Shown here piece by piece: positions 36,001-49,934 of a stretch of 64,000 nucleotides of DNA. Within the stretch, counting starts at the first letter, position 1, and every line of letters starts with the position of its first letter. Below the pieces are notes generated by a model. That model ran no database searches and was not told the origin of the DNA. It was given only the letters and a program-made list of their open reading frames with translations. The DNA is from Haliotis rufescens (lineage: Eukaryota). The DNA is taken from positions 26,536,001 to 26,600,000 of the forward strand of contig NW_025963857.1 in NCBI RefSeq assembly GCF_023055435.1, read 5' to 3'. Both the position numbers and the translations under genes were made by a program.

Positions 36001-38527
36001 TTATCATTATGGAGACTTGCTCTGTCAATGTTTACATATAAAATGAGTGATTGCGTTGTATGTAACGCAGATTTGAACAACGTTTTTAAAGCGTGTCAGT
36101 TAAATGCGAGGACTTATAAATTCAACCTGAGGGAGGAAATCCTTGAGCAAGGGTTACGAGACATTAGGATCATAATAGGAGAAGAATCAGGAATTCGAAC
36201 CGACGACTAATGGATCCTGACTTTGCACCTATAAACTCCAAGTAATTAATAGGCGTTTGTACATCCAGAAGTGATAGGGGAATGATCTGAGATTTCATTA
36301 CAAAACTGTAGTTGTAACCACAAGGCTGATTTTTAACAGTTGTGATTTGTTGTGCTTGCAGACACGTGGGTGACTTTGGGAACATTCCTGTTCAAGCTGG
36401 TCAAGTAAAACAGTATCGTCGTGAGTGGATGGCTGATATTTATGGCCGTTACTCTATATTGGGAAGAGCAATCGTGGTGAGTTCAATTGACCCCATTCCT
36501 ACCAGCCTGCGCATACTGTTTTAAAAGAAAATGAAATGATCGGATTTCCCTAAACTGTATCCGCAGATCGCAACACTATAATAATATACTGCTGGAAGAA
36601 AGTAAAGCACTCACAGAATCTTTCAATGACTAATACAACTAGTGTTGGAATGAAACTACTGACAAATGAGTTCGGGTAAACGAATGCATCTCTAACAATA
36701 AGAAACAACCGTTGTCAGCTGAGGTTATATTTTGATCAGGATATTCTAGCACAACCACCAGTGTAGTTTCATCCCCCAAATAATATCTCTTTAAGGTATG
36801 GAGAATTCATTCGATGATTTCAGGTTTTGTTGATGCAAATATCACTTTGGGTCCATCGTTGACACCCGTTCTTCAAAGGTTCAGTAGTAAGTAAACCCTA
36901 CACTGACCTCCATCCAGCGCCTCTCCCACTAGTCGGGCGTGCAGAAGGGGCAACTCCTTTCAATTCACGCAGATTCTGTACATGAGGTTCCAGTGCCTGT
37001 AAACTACACCCAAGGTATCCCAAATGTGCTCTAGCGGATTCCGAATTGGACTCATTGCGGGCCAAGGCAGAGTCGGCACAGCGTTCTTCTGAAGGTAGGC
37101 TGTCGTGGTCACTACCCTGAAACGATGAGGTCTGGCGTTGTCACCCTTCAACTGAAGTCTTGAGGCTATAGGGTGATTGTTGAAATAGGGAACAACAACT
37201 GGTTTCCGGATATTTCGGTTGAACTGATGTGGTGATGTTGTCTTGAGTGATCCATCTTGCAATCGTAAGAGATACACCCCCAGTCAGTACCGAGTCTGCT
37301 CAATGAGGGATAGCTGGCCTAATGTTCATGGATTTTTAGGCCATATTTCTGTGCCTCCAAATCCTCAGTCGTGCATCAACGGCACGGAACAGGATCATGC
37401 TTTCGTCCGACAAATTGACTTTTCGCCAGGTTTTCAGGTTCCTAGTCTGTTGTGTTCAAGATGATCCCAAACAACACCTCTGGTGATCTACCAGTAGAGG
37501 GTGTTTGATGACGCTCTTGGACGTCAATCTTGCTGCTCTCAAGTGGCTCCTTGTAGAATATGGCTACTTGCAAATGGCTGTCGTCGAACTAATCAAAGCA
37601 CTGTCCTGGATTCATGTTGGGAAGAAGGGCGTTCTGACTGTGAAAGAACAGCGTGCCTTCTCACCATTCATTACTGTTTAATGTTGGCCCAGTTGACGCC
37701 AGATAGCTTTGAAGGACAACTCTGTTGGATGCACTCCGATTATTTGCCGTCTTTGTGCCTCTCACATCTTCCGTCATGCCATGTATATGAAGGAATAAAA
37801 TATTGTGCGACAGCAGATTTAAATGCCCAAACTTGATGCCTGAATTTGGTGGAATGCATGACTGGACTCCATCAATGTTACTATCTTCCTTCCCATTACA
37901 ATTGAAATTACTTGGGCGCATCTTATAATTCACTTTTTTAGTTGTATATTATTAATAACGCCAAGAAGAGTTTGGAGATATTTGTCACGGAAATAATCAG
38001 CATTAAAGGATCCATTAGTTACTGTTTGGCCCATGTCATACATCATATTTAAGATTTATAATGTGGAAACACTGAAATTCTTCGTCGCATGGAACTTACT
38101 TGATATGGTATAATTCACTGGTCAGAAACGTTTGTTTCCTAAACTTTCAAGTTTAACCAACCTTTTCAAACAAAAAGTAGTTCTTGATGGTGATTGAATA
38201 TTAAGCCAAACTATAAAGACCACATCCATGCTACATAAGCTAAAGTATTCAAATTGAATGTAAAATCACCATCACTGTCATTGCAATCAGGGGTCACTCC
38301 ACACATGGAGACTTTGTTATTTGCAAGAATGGAATGATAATCAACCAGTGAATACACTTAAACACATATTACTTTGGTTTTTCTTGTTGTGGCAGATTCA
38401 CGCCGGAACGGATGACCTTGGAAAAGGCGGAAACCCGTCCAGCAAGGTAAACGGAAATGCTGGAGCCAGACTGGCCTGTTGTGTCATCGGACGTGGAGAG
38501 GAGTGGTACGCAGCAGACCAACAGTAA
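33081..38527 (+). CDS. SOD3: Secreted (extracellular-type) Cu/Zn superoxide dismutase copy 1, 219 aa. Exons 33081-33228, 34243-34322, 35394-35578, 36362-36476, 38396-38527
   Basis: Signal-like N-terminus; [55 protein letters not shown]. Confidence 0.93.
35765..36010 (+). mobile_element. Old SINE remnant (CORE/Deu-like body, L2-like tail)
   Basis: CTTAGGCAAGTGAC, AATGGCTACCCGG and TCCCCAGGGAGCTGAG motifs; (ATT)n tail. Confidence 0.5.
36586..37947 (-). mobile_element. Decayed Tc1/mariner transposon in intron 4 of SOD copy 1
   Basis: GDNARPH...[16 protein letters not shown]; frameshifts and deletions; absent from the 90-bp homologous intron of copy 2. Confidence 0.85.
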
Positions 38528-39377
38528 CTGATGTATTCGGAATAGACTGTGGACATATCACGAATACGGAATACTGAATAGTAACACTGCATTGTCAAAC
38601 GAATGTCGCTGTCTGAGCGGTTGACATACGTCGTTAAATGGTTTTCAATGCCTGATATCTTATGGACATTTCACTGAGTATGAATTGTGTTCTTCATTGG
38701 TATAATGCTTTCTCTCAGTCTCATATTTGGACAAACAGTATGAATAATTTGAATGCTTTCTGCTCAGCATACTCAGTATTGACTCTTTCACGATCCTTGG
38801 TGCGTCTTGGCCCGCGGGAACTAAAACGACCCAGATGTATCATCGAGTGTATTTATATGGTGTTTGACTGATCTCTACCAAAACAATATTATGGGGGATT
38901 TACCTTAGTCTGTATATATAAATACAATGAATGACAGTAGTTTAATACAATCAAAATAAATGTATAATAAATCATAATATTTCTTTTTTTTTATGCAGTT
39001 ATCATTATTTATATTGTTAACGATAAGCGAATTAAAGTGATGTATGAGAAACAAACGAGACATATTTAATCCTTTCCCAAATAATGAGAAATTTCTACTA
39101 ATATATGTAATGTCAATGTAAGAAAATAACCAGTCTTGATTATCCGCCGAAACGGATTCCATTTTTCATTAAGGGCAAAATAGCTGTGAAGGTTATATGA
39201 ATGGACCACTGAAAATCTCTTTCTCTTTCTCTCTCTCATTGTTTCTCATATACCTTTATGACATCGTGTTATATATAACCACGCTAGCTGTCACAATGAC
39301 ACTACTGTAACTGTAGTCCCATATTGTGACCCTCCTTAATATAAACTCCCAAAGTCGATCTGCATCCATAAGTCAAG

Positions 39378-42300
39378 ATGTCGCCGACGTACCTCCCGGC
39401 TGTGCTGGCGGTTGTATCCCAGTGTGTGCTGTACGCCAACGGGTCAGTTTTAAACACGAACCCTTGGATTTCGAAGTTTTCTAGCAAACCGAAGAGCAAC
39501 TGCGTTCCTCACGAAGGTAAGAACATACACGTGGCTGAGTGACAGTTGGTTAACGTCTCAGTCTCAATATTCAACCTGTTTTAGGGCGGCCTGTAAATAA
39601 TTGAGCCTGAGACATGGCTTAACGATTCACACCATAGGGCACCCACGACTTATCACCCATCGAACCTAACCACCCTATCCAATATTGTCGCCTATCGGTT
39701 ATGCCTAGCAGAACAATACAATTTAAATGGTGAATCATAATGTCCAGTGATAATTTATCTCAAATTTCACATTTTTATTGACCAATTTAGTTATCACCTC
39801 ACCGTTTACCTGAGTTCTCTGAAGGGATACTGTGTAGTTTTCCCCTGTGCATAATATGATGCTGACCGATAGTGAGTGAGTGAGTGAGTGAGTTGGGTTT
39901 AACGCCGCGTTTAACAGTATTCCAGTTATATCACGGCGTGTCAGCTTAATGTGGGAGGAAAGCCCGAAGTGATGCAGGTCTCAGCCGTTAACCACTTCGG
40001 TGAAACCCACGAGCAGGGGTATGGTGCTGACAAACCTAGAAACATAATCGGGGCGAACCGGGATTCGAACCCACAATCATAGGTTTCTGGCGTGCCCAAG
40101 GGACGCAACGCGGCGCCTTAGACGACTGGGCCACCCGTGCCCCCTGCTGACCGATAGCTTCACCCTTTCGAGTCGTGTATGCATTAATCAACAACAAAGT
40201 TTGACTTTTTGTTATGATATACGGCTTCTCATTCTACAATCGTCCGATAGACGCCGAACACAAGTCAAACCAGTCGAAATTATAAAGTTAACCATAATAA
40301 GCAAGTTTATGATTCCGCGAAGAAGAATCCGACTCATATTTCAATACTTTCAAACTTGGATTATTGTTTCCCTTTAATTCCTCTTGCAGAACATGCTATT
40401 TGCAGATTACTCTGTCAAGTGCAGACAAACTGAAATATTAAGTATAAGAGACAAATCTAATATTAAATATTTATTAACTCGACGAACCAGTTTTTCGTAT
40501 GTCCTTCTACTTTCATACACCGTCTGCATTATGCATCAATTGTTATGACAGACGGTTTATGAATATACACAGTCTGCTGTAGGCTCGGAGGTGTCTGCTA
40601 TATACTGAATGTATGTCAAGGACGTTTTGGTGAAATTGAAAGCATATTTTTAAAGTTATGTTAGTTATGTAACACCTCGTACACATGTCGATACGTATAT
40701 GTCAATATAACTACATACTTACATAAACACGAATAAACTTACAAAAACTTATGATACGTACAAACACGGATATTCTTACTCAAACCCACCTACATGTACT
40801 TACTGTGAAAGGCATGAACTCACATTACTTTGCACATAAAGGTTGTTATGTTCACGTAAACTCACATTACTTTATACATAAAGATTGTTATGTTCACATA
40901 AACTCACATTGCTGTGCACATGAAGATTGTTATGTTCACATAAACTCACATTACTTTGTACATAAAGATTGTTATGTTCACATGAACTCAAATTACTTTG
41001 TACATAAAGGTTGTTATTTTCACATAAACTCACATTACTTTGTACATAAAGGTTGTTATGTTCACATAAACTCACATTACTTCGCACATAAAGATTGTTA
41101 TGCTCACATAAACTCACATAATTATGTACATTAAGATTGTTATGCTCACATAAACTCACATTACTTTGTACATAAAGATTGTTATGCTCACATAAACTCA
41201 CATTACTTTGTACATAAAGATTGTTATGCTCACATAATATTATTAATTTACGTATATACACGCATATTCTTCCATAAACTCATATATACTTACATAAATT
41301 CATATACTTACGCTGCAAAGCGAAAACTTAATAATAATAATAATAATAATAAATATATAAACATACATAATACAATAATACGTTTTAAACACGTGTGTTC
41401 ATACTTACATTCACACATTATAACATAAACTCACATACCTGCATTGAAACGCATGTAGTTACATAAACGTATATGATATAATTATATCTGATAAACCCGA
41501 AAATGTTCACTTAAATTCACATATTCTAACCGAAATTCACATACCTGCACTGAAACGCACAAACGTGCATTAACACGTATATACTAACACAAACTTATAT
41601 AATGCAATTATATTTTATAAAAACGCACATTCTTACTTACACTCACATATTTTTACAAATGCACACACTTGTACTGATACGCATATACTTTCATTCACTC
41701 GCATATATTTACATAAATAAATATGACTTTTTCCAGTTCATCACAATGGCTCAAAAAGCTTTTTAGCACACATATGTAATATATAAAGTCACATATGCCG
41801 TACATAAAGACGCATACACCTTGCATTAAGTATTTACATAAACACGCATGTATTTTATATTATCCAGTAGATGCTACATGTAGTTTATGTAACTCGTCAC
41901 GGAGCTCTGTTTCGTTTCCAGATTTTGCCACTTGTACTATTCAGGCAGACCCAAGAGCTCCTTACAAGTTAACTGGAGCCGTACGCTTCGCTCAAACTGA
42001 TGTAAGTGACTCCTGTGCCCACATTTCCTTTAAAACAAATCAAACGATAAATATTCAAGAACAGTAGCCTAGTTTTTCATTCTATGTTATGTGACAGGTG
42101 ACATGTTGATGTTGTTATGTAGGTCTGTCAAAGGAGAAAACCCCTTTGTATATGTATTTCCGTCACGCTGTTTCTGTTCTGATGACTTGTAAAATTGGTG
42201 AAAATACATTAATTATGTGTATTTGAGACAGGCATCCCAGGGTAAAATAATACAACAAAACCCTTTCCATAATCAGAAGAAACACATGCAGCTGCTAAAA

Positions 42301-45153
42301 GAGGCCATGGTACGATTCCGATATCATGAGCATGTAAATTAATGAATCACTAGCAAATCGTATCCTTCCCCACCGATGGCATTTTTCGAAAACACATGCA
42401 ATAGCAGTTTACCTGAATAAGAACACAGGAAAATAGGGAATTGCATCGGCCATCGTATATTGTACTTGAGGCATCCATTTTGGAAATGTCCTCCACATGT
42501 TTTCAATAAAAAAATATATAGTTATATGATTATGGAAAAGATTTTGTCGCTTTTTTTCTTCAATGCGCAGATATGTGTTACGTTTGTTTTTACAGTACTG
42601 CGGTGCCTATAGTTACCTATTGGTCTCGGTCTCTCTGGAGGGTTTCCCACTCTCTGACCCCTTGACAAAGCATGGTTACCACGTGCATCAATACGGTGAC
42701 CTGTCTGACGGATGCACCAGCACAGGAGGCCATTACAATCCTTTCAACATGACCCACGGGGCTCCCTTTGATCAAATAAGGTTTTAATTTTAACATCACT
42801 TTTATGTTTAACATGTATTTCAAGTAAGTGTTTAATTTGTTATTGAAGTTTTCGAGGGCACTGGAGGCACGGCGGACACGAGTGACTAGGCAGGCCCCTT
42901 TCAACAAAGTAATCTGAGCGTAACTCCCACGATTGAACGTTGGCTTTGTTGAACTAGGCCCTGGTCGTCGATGGCCGCTTCCCGAAGCGGCTAGTCTTTG
43001 ACGCTGATAATTGTAGACTACGTCACCTGGATAACTGTTATGTCGTATGAAGACTATTTTTTTCAGCTATAGTTGCAAAAGCAGATATTTTGTGAATTAT
43101 ATCCATAAGCCTAAATATATTTTCAGAAAACACCTTGCAACAAACTGATATTTTTTATGACAATTACCTCATTCTGAAGCAAAAGTATGTTTTTCAAGAT
43201 TTTTCCGGGACAATTAATATCTTTTGATAAAATCCAAGAATTTCCCAGAATATCAAATGGATGGTCCCTAAGACATTTTGACACAATAATAAGAGGATGA
43301 CATTATTTGCCTCCGCTTCTTGCAAGAAACGTTAGGTACGCTGCAGAATATTGAAGAAATAATGAGAACGAATTTAACGTTCATTGTTTTAAAGAGTACC
43401 GTAGCCGTCATTTTTAACAATGAGAATATATTATATATTCTCTTACGATGTTTGGATCACAGAGAGCGATTTACAACCGCGTTGATGCCTCATCATCATC
43501 ATTAATTCCTCAGCACCATACCATCGCCCTTTGAGACTACAAAAGTTGTGAACTACATCACTTCGGGCTTCCATCCCATATTTAGCAGATACAGTTTGCT
43601 ACGCATATAACTGAACTACTGTTCGGAGCCGCTAAAAACTCACTTTAACCCTATTTAAATACCCACAAGCATGAGACAATATGTCTTATTACTATAAAAC
43701 CATCTTAATCGCCAAAGGTAAGCTATTTAATAGATACAGGAACCAATCAGGTGCCGATGCATATACCATTTGCATTAAACGCGATTATTACAGCGGTCAG
43801 CGTCTGCCTGAAGAGAGCATCAGCTGTAAGTTCCCCTGTCTCTGTCATACAAAACGACGTTGGTTGGTTGGTTTGTTGTTTAACGCCGCACTCAGCAATA
43901 TTCCAGCTATATGACGGCGGTCTGTAAATAATCGAGTCTGGACCAGACAATCCAGTGATTGATATCATGAGCATCGATCCACGCAATTGGGATCAATGAC
44001 ATGCATCAACCAAGTCAGCGAGCCTGACCACCCGATCCCGTTAGTCGCCTTTTACGACAAGCATAGTTACCTTTTACGGCAAGCATGGGTTGCTGAAGAC
44101 CTATTCTACCCCTGACCTACAAAACGACGTATTAAGGGGACAATATAAGGACAGGTCGGCTCGGATTCAGTCTACTGGGTCTGAGGTAGGGCATCCATGT
44201 TAAACTGCAGCATGGCAACCAGGTGGATGAGCACTATAAAACTAGAATTAACAGCCACCCACACACGTGCATGTACATCGCAAAGTAAAAGTATCTTGAA
44301 CGGGACGTTAAATCCCATTTACCTCACTGCACCTCACTTAAATGGTCCAGACCCGATTTTTCACAGATCTAGAACCCATGAAATAGCTGGAATATTGCGT
44401 AAACAACAAACTTAAAAAGGTATTACTTTGGTGGCAGACATGCTCGGTGCATGTTTCCATATTAAATCATTGATTGAGTAGGATGTAACGCAGCATTAAA
44501 CAGTTATTAAACATTAAACAAGAAATTATTAAATCAACATGACCCGGGTTGTAGGTGTTTATTAACGTTGTGGACATATACGAGCATATTAAACCTCAAT
44601 GGTCGTGATCGAGAAGAATCTGGAATTCAATCCGAAAACAAACGGATCCTGAATGTTCTAAGGGATGCAACAACGGATTGAGGACCCATAAATCATTAGG
44701 TGTCCTGGGCCTCCAAGAGTGATAAGGAAATAACCTGACATTAAATACTTGACAAAGCTATAATTGATATAACCATAAGGCTTATTTGAAACTGTATTGC
44801 TCTGTTATGCTTGCAGACACGTTGGCGACTTTGGGAACATTCCGGCTCATGATGGTATCGTCAAACACTATCACCGTGACCGGGTTGCAAGCATTTTCGG
44901 CCGTTACTCCATATTAGGAAGAGCAATCGTGGTGAGTTCAACAGTTTCCATTCCGATCGCCTACTGTTTTACAATAAAACACAACGAACACATGTTACTT
45001 TGGCTTTTCTTGGTGTGGCAGATTCACGCAGGAACGGATGACCTTGGGAGAGGCGGGAAGCCGTCCAGCAAGGAAAACGGAAATGCTGGAGCCAGACTGG
45101 CCTGTTGTATCATCGGCTATGGAGAGGAGTGGTACGCAGCGGACCAACAGTAA
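39378..45153 (+). CDS. SOD3: Secreted Cu/Zn superoxide dismutase copy 2, 216 aa. Exons 39378-39516, 41922-42001, 42596-42780, 44817-44931, 45022-45153
   Basis: Paralogous to copy 1 exon by exon; [33 protein letters not shown]. Confidence 0.93.
39873..40144 (-). mobile_element. tRNA-derived SINE family C (V-domain-like TTTCCTCCCACA)
   Basis: 13-bp TSD TGCTGACCGATAG; (CACT)n tail. Confidence 0.88.
40815..41237. repeat. 39-bp tandem repeat, about 11 copies
   Basis: CATAAACTCACATTACTTTGTACATAAAGATTGTTATGTTCA recurs. Confidence 0.9.
43861..44118 (-). mobile_element. Family-A retroposon copy
   Basis: 12-bp TSD ACAAAACGACGT. Confidence 0.88.
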
Positions 45154-45532
45154 CTGATGTATTCGGGAATAAAGAAACTGTCGATATATCACAAATAATG
45201 AATCGTAATACTGAATTATAAAACGAGTTGTATATCGCTATCTTCGTTCAATGTTATCCAAAACCTGATATTTTTATGAATTTTCACTGAGGATGAATTT
45301 TGTAATAAAATTGTAATATTTTATTCTCTTTGTCCCACGTTGGACAAAGAATACCAACATTGTATACTGTTCGATTTATATAGAAAATAAATCGATTTAG
45401 TTTGTTTGTTTGAACTCAGTGTACGTTATCATTGGGAACTTGTCACGAGTTCAGATGAACTACATAAGTTGATATATTGTCTGTTCACAGCTGGTACGCG
45501 ATGCGACACACCCAGATCATTACACGTGATAC

Positions 45533-45702
45533 GGGGCGGTCGGGTAGCCCAGTGGTTAAAGCGTTCGCTCGTCACGCCGAAGACAAGGGTTCGATTCCTG
45601 ACATTGGTACAATGTGTGAAGCCAATTTCTGGTAACCCCCGCCGTGATATTGCTGGAATATTGCTAAAAGCGGCGTAAAACCATACTCACTCACTCACTC
45701 AC
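45533..45702 (+). mobile_element. SINE family B
   Basis: TSD TACACGTGATAC. Confidence 0.88.
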
Positions 45703-45989
45703 TACACGTGATACATATTGGTTTGACAGAAAGTCAAAAGGACGTTTTAGAAAGGGAAAATTTATGAACCTGAAATCTGTAGTTTAGTCAAATATTATAT
45801 TTTTTATAGAGAAATGAAACAGTTAGTAGACGTATCATACAGACAGTACTGGTTTAGCAGGACCGTTTATGTTTGGAAACATGGGAGGCTTATTGTAGTA
45901 TTTAAGCTTTATAAAACAGATAATACAAAACCATTTGTATTAATTTGATACAATCTTTGTTCCAAGGAAGGGGGGGGGGGGGGGGGGGG

Positions 45990-46253
45990 GGGGGGCACGG
46001 GTGGCCCAGTCGTCTAAGGCGCCGCGATTTACTGTGCAGAGTTGCGTCTCTTGGGCACGCCAGAAACCTATGATTGTGGGTTCGAATTCCGGTTCGCCCC
46101 GATTATGTTTCTAGGTTTGTCAGCATCATACCCGTGCTCGTGTGTTTCACCGAAGTGGTAAACGTCTGAGACCTGCATCACTTCGGGCTTTCCTCCCACA
46201 TTAAGCTGGAATACTGTTAAAAGCGGCGTTAAATCCAACTCACTCACTCACTC
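45990..46253 (+). mobile_element. SINE family C preceded by a poly-G run
   Basis: Near-identical to the reverse complement of 39873-40144. Confidence 0.85.
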
Positions 46254-46699
46254 TAAGGAAAGGGGGTATGGGCTTTCAAGTCGCCTAAGGCGCTGCAAGA
46301 GAATTCAGTGGTCGTGGGTTCGAATTCCTGGTTCTCCCTGTTTATGATGATTTCGTTATCGTGCCTGTTATCGTGGATTTTAATAAAGTGGAAAACCTAA
46401 CGCCTGTGTCGTGTTGGGCCTCCGTCCGACATTAATGTTGAAATGCCATGTTACAACCGAACTACTGCTCAAAACGGAGAAACCCACTCACTTATTCAAT
46501 CGCTCATTTTTTGTGTTGAATTTTTGCATTTAAACTGAAAGTCATCATCAGCTGCTCCATGCGACATATGTGTCGCAGTCGTGATCTTGGATTAAGCAGT
46601 TCTTACGGCACACACCTAAAATAGTAATCATGAGTGATATTGTTGACATGAAGTCAATAGAACTAATACTACTCGGTAACATTTGCGTGCATCATTTTT

Positions 46700-46960
46700 G
46701 TAAAATGATAGGGTTATTCAGAGAGACCTTTATACAAACGTTGAAGGCCGAGTGTTACGAGGTGATTTCCAAATTGAAACGTAGAGAGGTTAACCTAGAA
46801 ATCGGTTCGCACAGAACTAAATTATGTAATATGTAAATGGCCACACAAGATCAACGAATAATCAATGATATATTTCGGACGCACACACACAGACGCACAG
46901 ACGGAGGGACGGAACCTATTTTTATATCCCCCGCCAACTTCGTTGGGGCGGGGGGTAACA
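46700..46960 (+). mobile_element. Helentron/HINE-like non-autonomous fragment
   Basis: GACG-type microsatellite followed by a terminal hairpin CCCCCGCC AAC TTC GTT GGGGCGGGGG. Confidence 0.5.
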
Positions 46961-47259
46961 ATGTCCGGTGTTGTCTGGACGGTGTTCTGTGGATCGAGAC
47001 GCTGCCGTGATGAACGGACATGATTTGGAGAAACTGTTCATTGCCGTTTCCTGTCGATTGATTCCAGATAGCGTCCAGATCTTGCCGAATGCGAACTGTC
47101 TTTGTCGGTACACTGTCCGTTCACTATCTGATCTCTGTCGGATCGCATTCCGGAGAATCGGGACGTTGCCGGGACAGATTCGGTCGTTTTTGCCACAATA
47201 CTAATGTCGTTGTTGCGACCGACGAACGTTCTAAAACTAGCATTCCGGTCCTAAGCGAA

Positions 47260-49200
47260 GCGCATTAATGAGAACCACCAAATAAAATATCACTGTTACT
47301 TGTAACGGCACAGGGGTAGACGTCCTCTCTCTTACAGTCTTACGGAGAGTGTTTTGTCACTCTGAATCTTTATGCTTATGCATAAAGACACAGATACGCA
47401 AGAAGGGAGCACAATTGGTGCCCATGGGGACACCTTCTTGCCTAAATGTCTTACCCCCACATTTTAAGGAGATGTTATCAATGAGGAAGTCCGGCATTTC
47501 ACATTTCACAAATCCTTTGAGTTTTTGAGAATCCATATGGTATTAATTCCACATGCTTTCTGTGAATATAAAGATAGTCCTTCCTTGATTGTATACTCTT
47601 CAAAAAAGAAACACAAAACGGATATTTGTGGCCATAAAAGCAAAAGTAGCGGACCAAGAGGTGCAAAATGAAGAGTTTTAATGTGTTACAGTGTCAGTGA
47701 AAAATTTCCCGGATCAAAATGATCACAAGAAGGACATGCAAACCATTAGACGGGAAACACTTCGATTCGGAAAAACGCACCCAGTGTTTAAACAAAAGGG
47801 TCATGGAGCTGCACGCACTGCGCGCACTGCACGTACTCCACGCGCAGCAGCACTATGAACGGTATTAAAGTGAAGGTCTTGATTGCCTGGCATCTGCGTC
47901 GATCGAACATTGACAGTTCAACAACATGCCAAGATTAACAGAAGTGCAAAGAAACAACGTCATAGGCCGCGTGAAGGCATTGGAATCCTGATCAGCTGTA
48001 GCCAGGGTTTTCAATGTAGCGCCCATCAACATCACAAGGCTTTGGGATAGGTTTCAACAGCATGAGTCAACATGTGATCGGCCAAATTTGCAAGGTCGGG
48101 ACGACCAAGAGTAACCACCCCCGCCCAAGATCGCTACATACGACTGCGTCACCTACATGAAAGGAAGATCGCAGCCACCTTAACCGCATAACAAATTCCC
48201 GGACTGCGCAGAATCTCCGACCAGACCGTACGAAACCGTTTAAGAGCAGCAGGTCTACGAACAAGACGTCCTGTTCGACGCGTCATATTGAGTCGACAAT
48301 ATCGTCAACAACGACTGCATTGGTGTCGTCAACACAGGGTATGGCCTCAACTGCGATGGAGAGACGTCTGGTTCAGCAACGAATCAAGATTTCTCCTCCG
48401 TCGAGGGGATGGAAGAGCACGGGTCTACAGACGTCGGGGTGAACGTTACGCCGGAAACTGCGTACAGGAAGTGGACAGGTTTTCGTGAGGGTAGCGTTAT
48501 GATGTGAGCGGCTATCTCTCACCACGGCAGGACAGGTTTGGACGACATCCAGGGCAATCCTATGGCTCAACGATACATCGACCACACGTCCTACCACACG
48601 TCCTCCTAATTGCAGTCAACGGCAACGATATATTCCAGCAGGACAACGCTCGACCGCATACAGCACGGATCACACAAAAACAACGTTGATGTTCTCCCCT
48701 GGCTCTCTATATTGCCAGATTTGAACCCGATAGAGCACCTATGGGATGAATTGGATAGACGGCTACGCCGACGTCAAACACAGCCCCAGACGTTGCAGCA
48801 GTTGGCTTTTGCGTTGTAGGCCGATTGGGCTACCATTCCCCAGGATGTGATTCGCATACTGGTCTCTTCCATGGACAGGACGCTATCGATTCCAACAGGG
48901 GACATAGGCGTTATTGATGGTAGCTGACCTTCACCTTGGACTTTTCCTATGTACCGATAACTGACATGACTACAATCCCCAAGTGTTCTCTCCACAACAT
49001 TTTGGCTCAATACCTTGTACGGTTCCTCGTATAAATGTATTTTCCTACCTAACACAAATCTGGCTTTGCGTTTCTATTTTTGAAGAGTATATAAATGCTT
49101 CACATAAAATTTGAATTTGGAGACGAAGAATGTCAAGATTTGAACTTATCATCGAAAGATACAACGTGAACGTTTGGGTTTGGAATAGGGGTAATGAGAA
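47260..49200 (-). pseudogene. Penelope-like reverse transcriptase relic interrupted by a Tc1 insertion
   Basis: Minus-strand GINTIWILKNSKDL, FLIDNI and VPMGTNCAP motifs at 47400-47590; extent beyond the Tc1 is uncertain. Confidence 0.65.
47594..49089 (+). mobile_element. Decayed Tc1 transposon with recognisable TIRs
   Basis: TIR TACTCTTCAAAAA(T)AGAAAC(A/G)CAAA; fragments WFSNESRF, FQQDNARPH, PDLNPIEHLWDEL; stops and frameshifts. Confidence 0.9.
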
Positions 49201-49896
49201 TTGCCCCCCTTCTCGTTTCACAATGGCTGCCGGTCGGAGAACGGATGAGAAATAATATTTCAAATTTAACTGTGCATTTCCAATTTAAATGTGTACATTT
49301 CAAATGTGTATTGTGATTGTGACGAAGCTGTTGAACACTCAGCTGATTTACAAAATATGCGGATACGATCTTTGTTTGGACATTAACTCCATTATGTATT
49401 TCACTGGTTTGAAATTTTTTAGATATGTTTTTGATGTAACTGATGTTAAATTTTGTGTTTATTAAAAATGTGAAATTTCTAGTGTAATGTAGCATCAGAA
49501 ACCACGTGTAAAGTTGATGCGAACTCATTTTTTTAGATCTTTCTTGTATAGGGATGAGCGTAATGATTGCTCTGACGCTTCTTTCAGTATTCATGCTATA
49601 CTGGGATGTTTCGGATTATTATAAAGTTATAGTCTACCACTCAGTAGTAAACGTACTCACGTACATGTGTGTTTTCCTTATTGCATAAGGAGTAATTCCT
49701 TTGTTTTGTTGTAGCCTTTTACCGAATCCATGCACACTGGCGAGTTTTAATACAGACATGTGGTTGGTATATCCAAAGTTGATGAACAATTGACTTGCCT
49801 TTGCATGTGTTTCATAGTGATTCATAAACACATAGTCATGATATTGTCGGAAAAGTACAATCGACTCCTCTTTATGATTTTTCTATTGGATATATA

Positions 49897-49934
49897 GCAA
49901 CGTTTCGATGTAGATTCGTACACCGTTATCAAGT
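49897..49934 (-). ncRNA. Minimal hammerhead-like motif from a second Penelope-like lineage
   Basis: UUGAUAA C GGUGUA CGAAUC UACAUC GAAAC GUU GC. Confidence 0.55.

Noticed and set aside
40751-41261. His/Cys-rich repeat ORFs
   Set aside because: Translation of a 39-bp intronic tandem repeat
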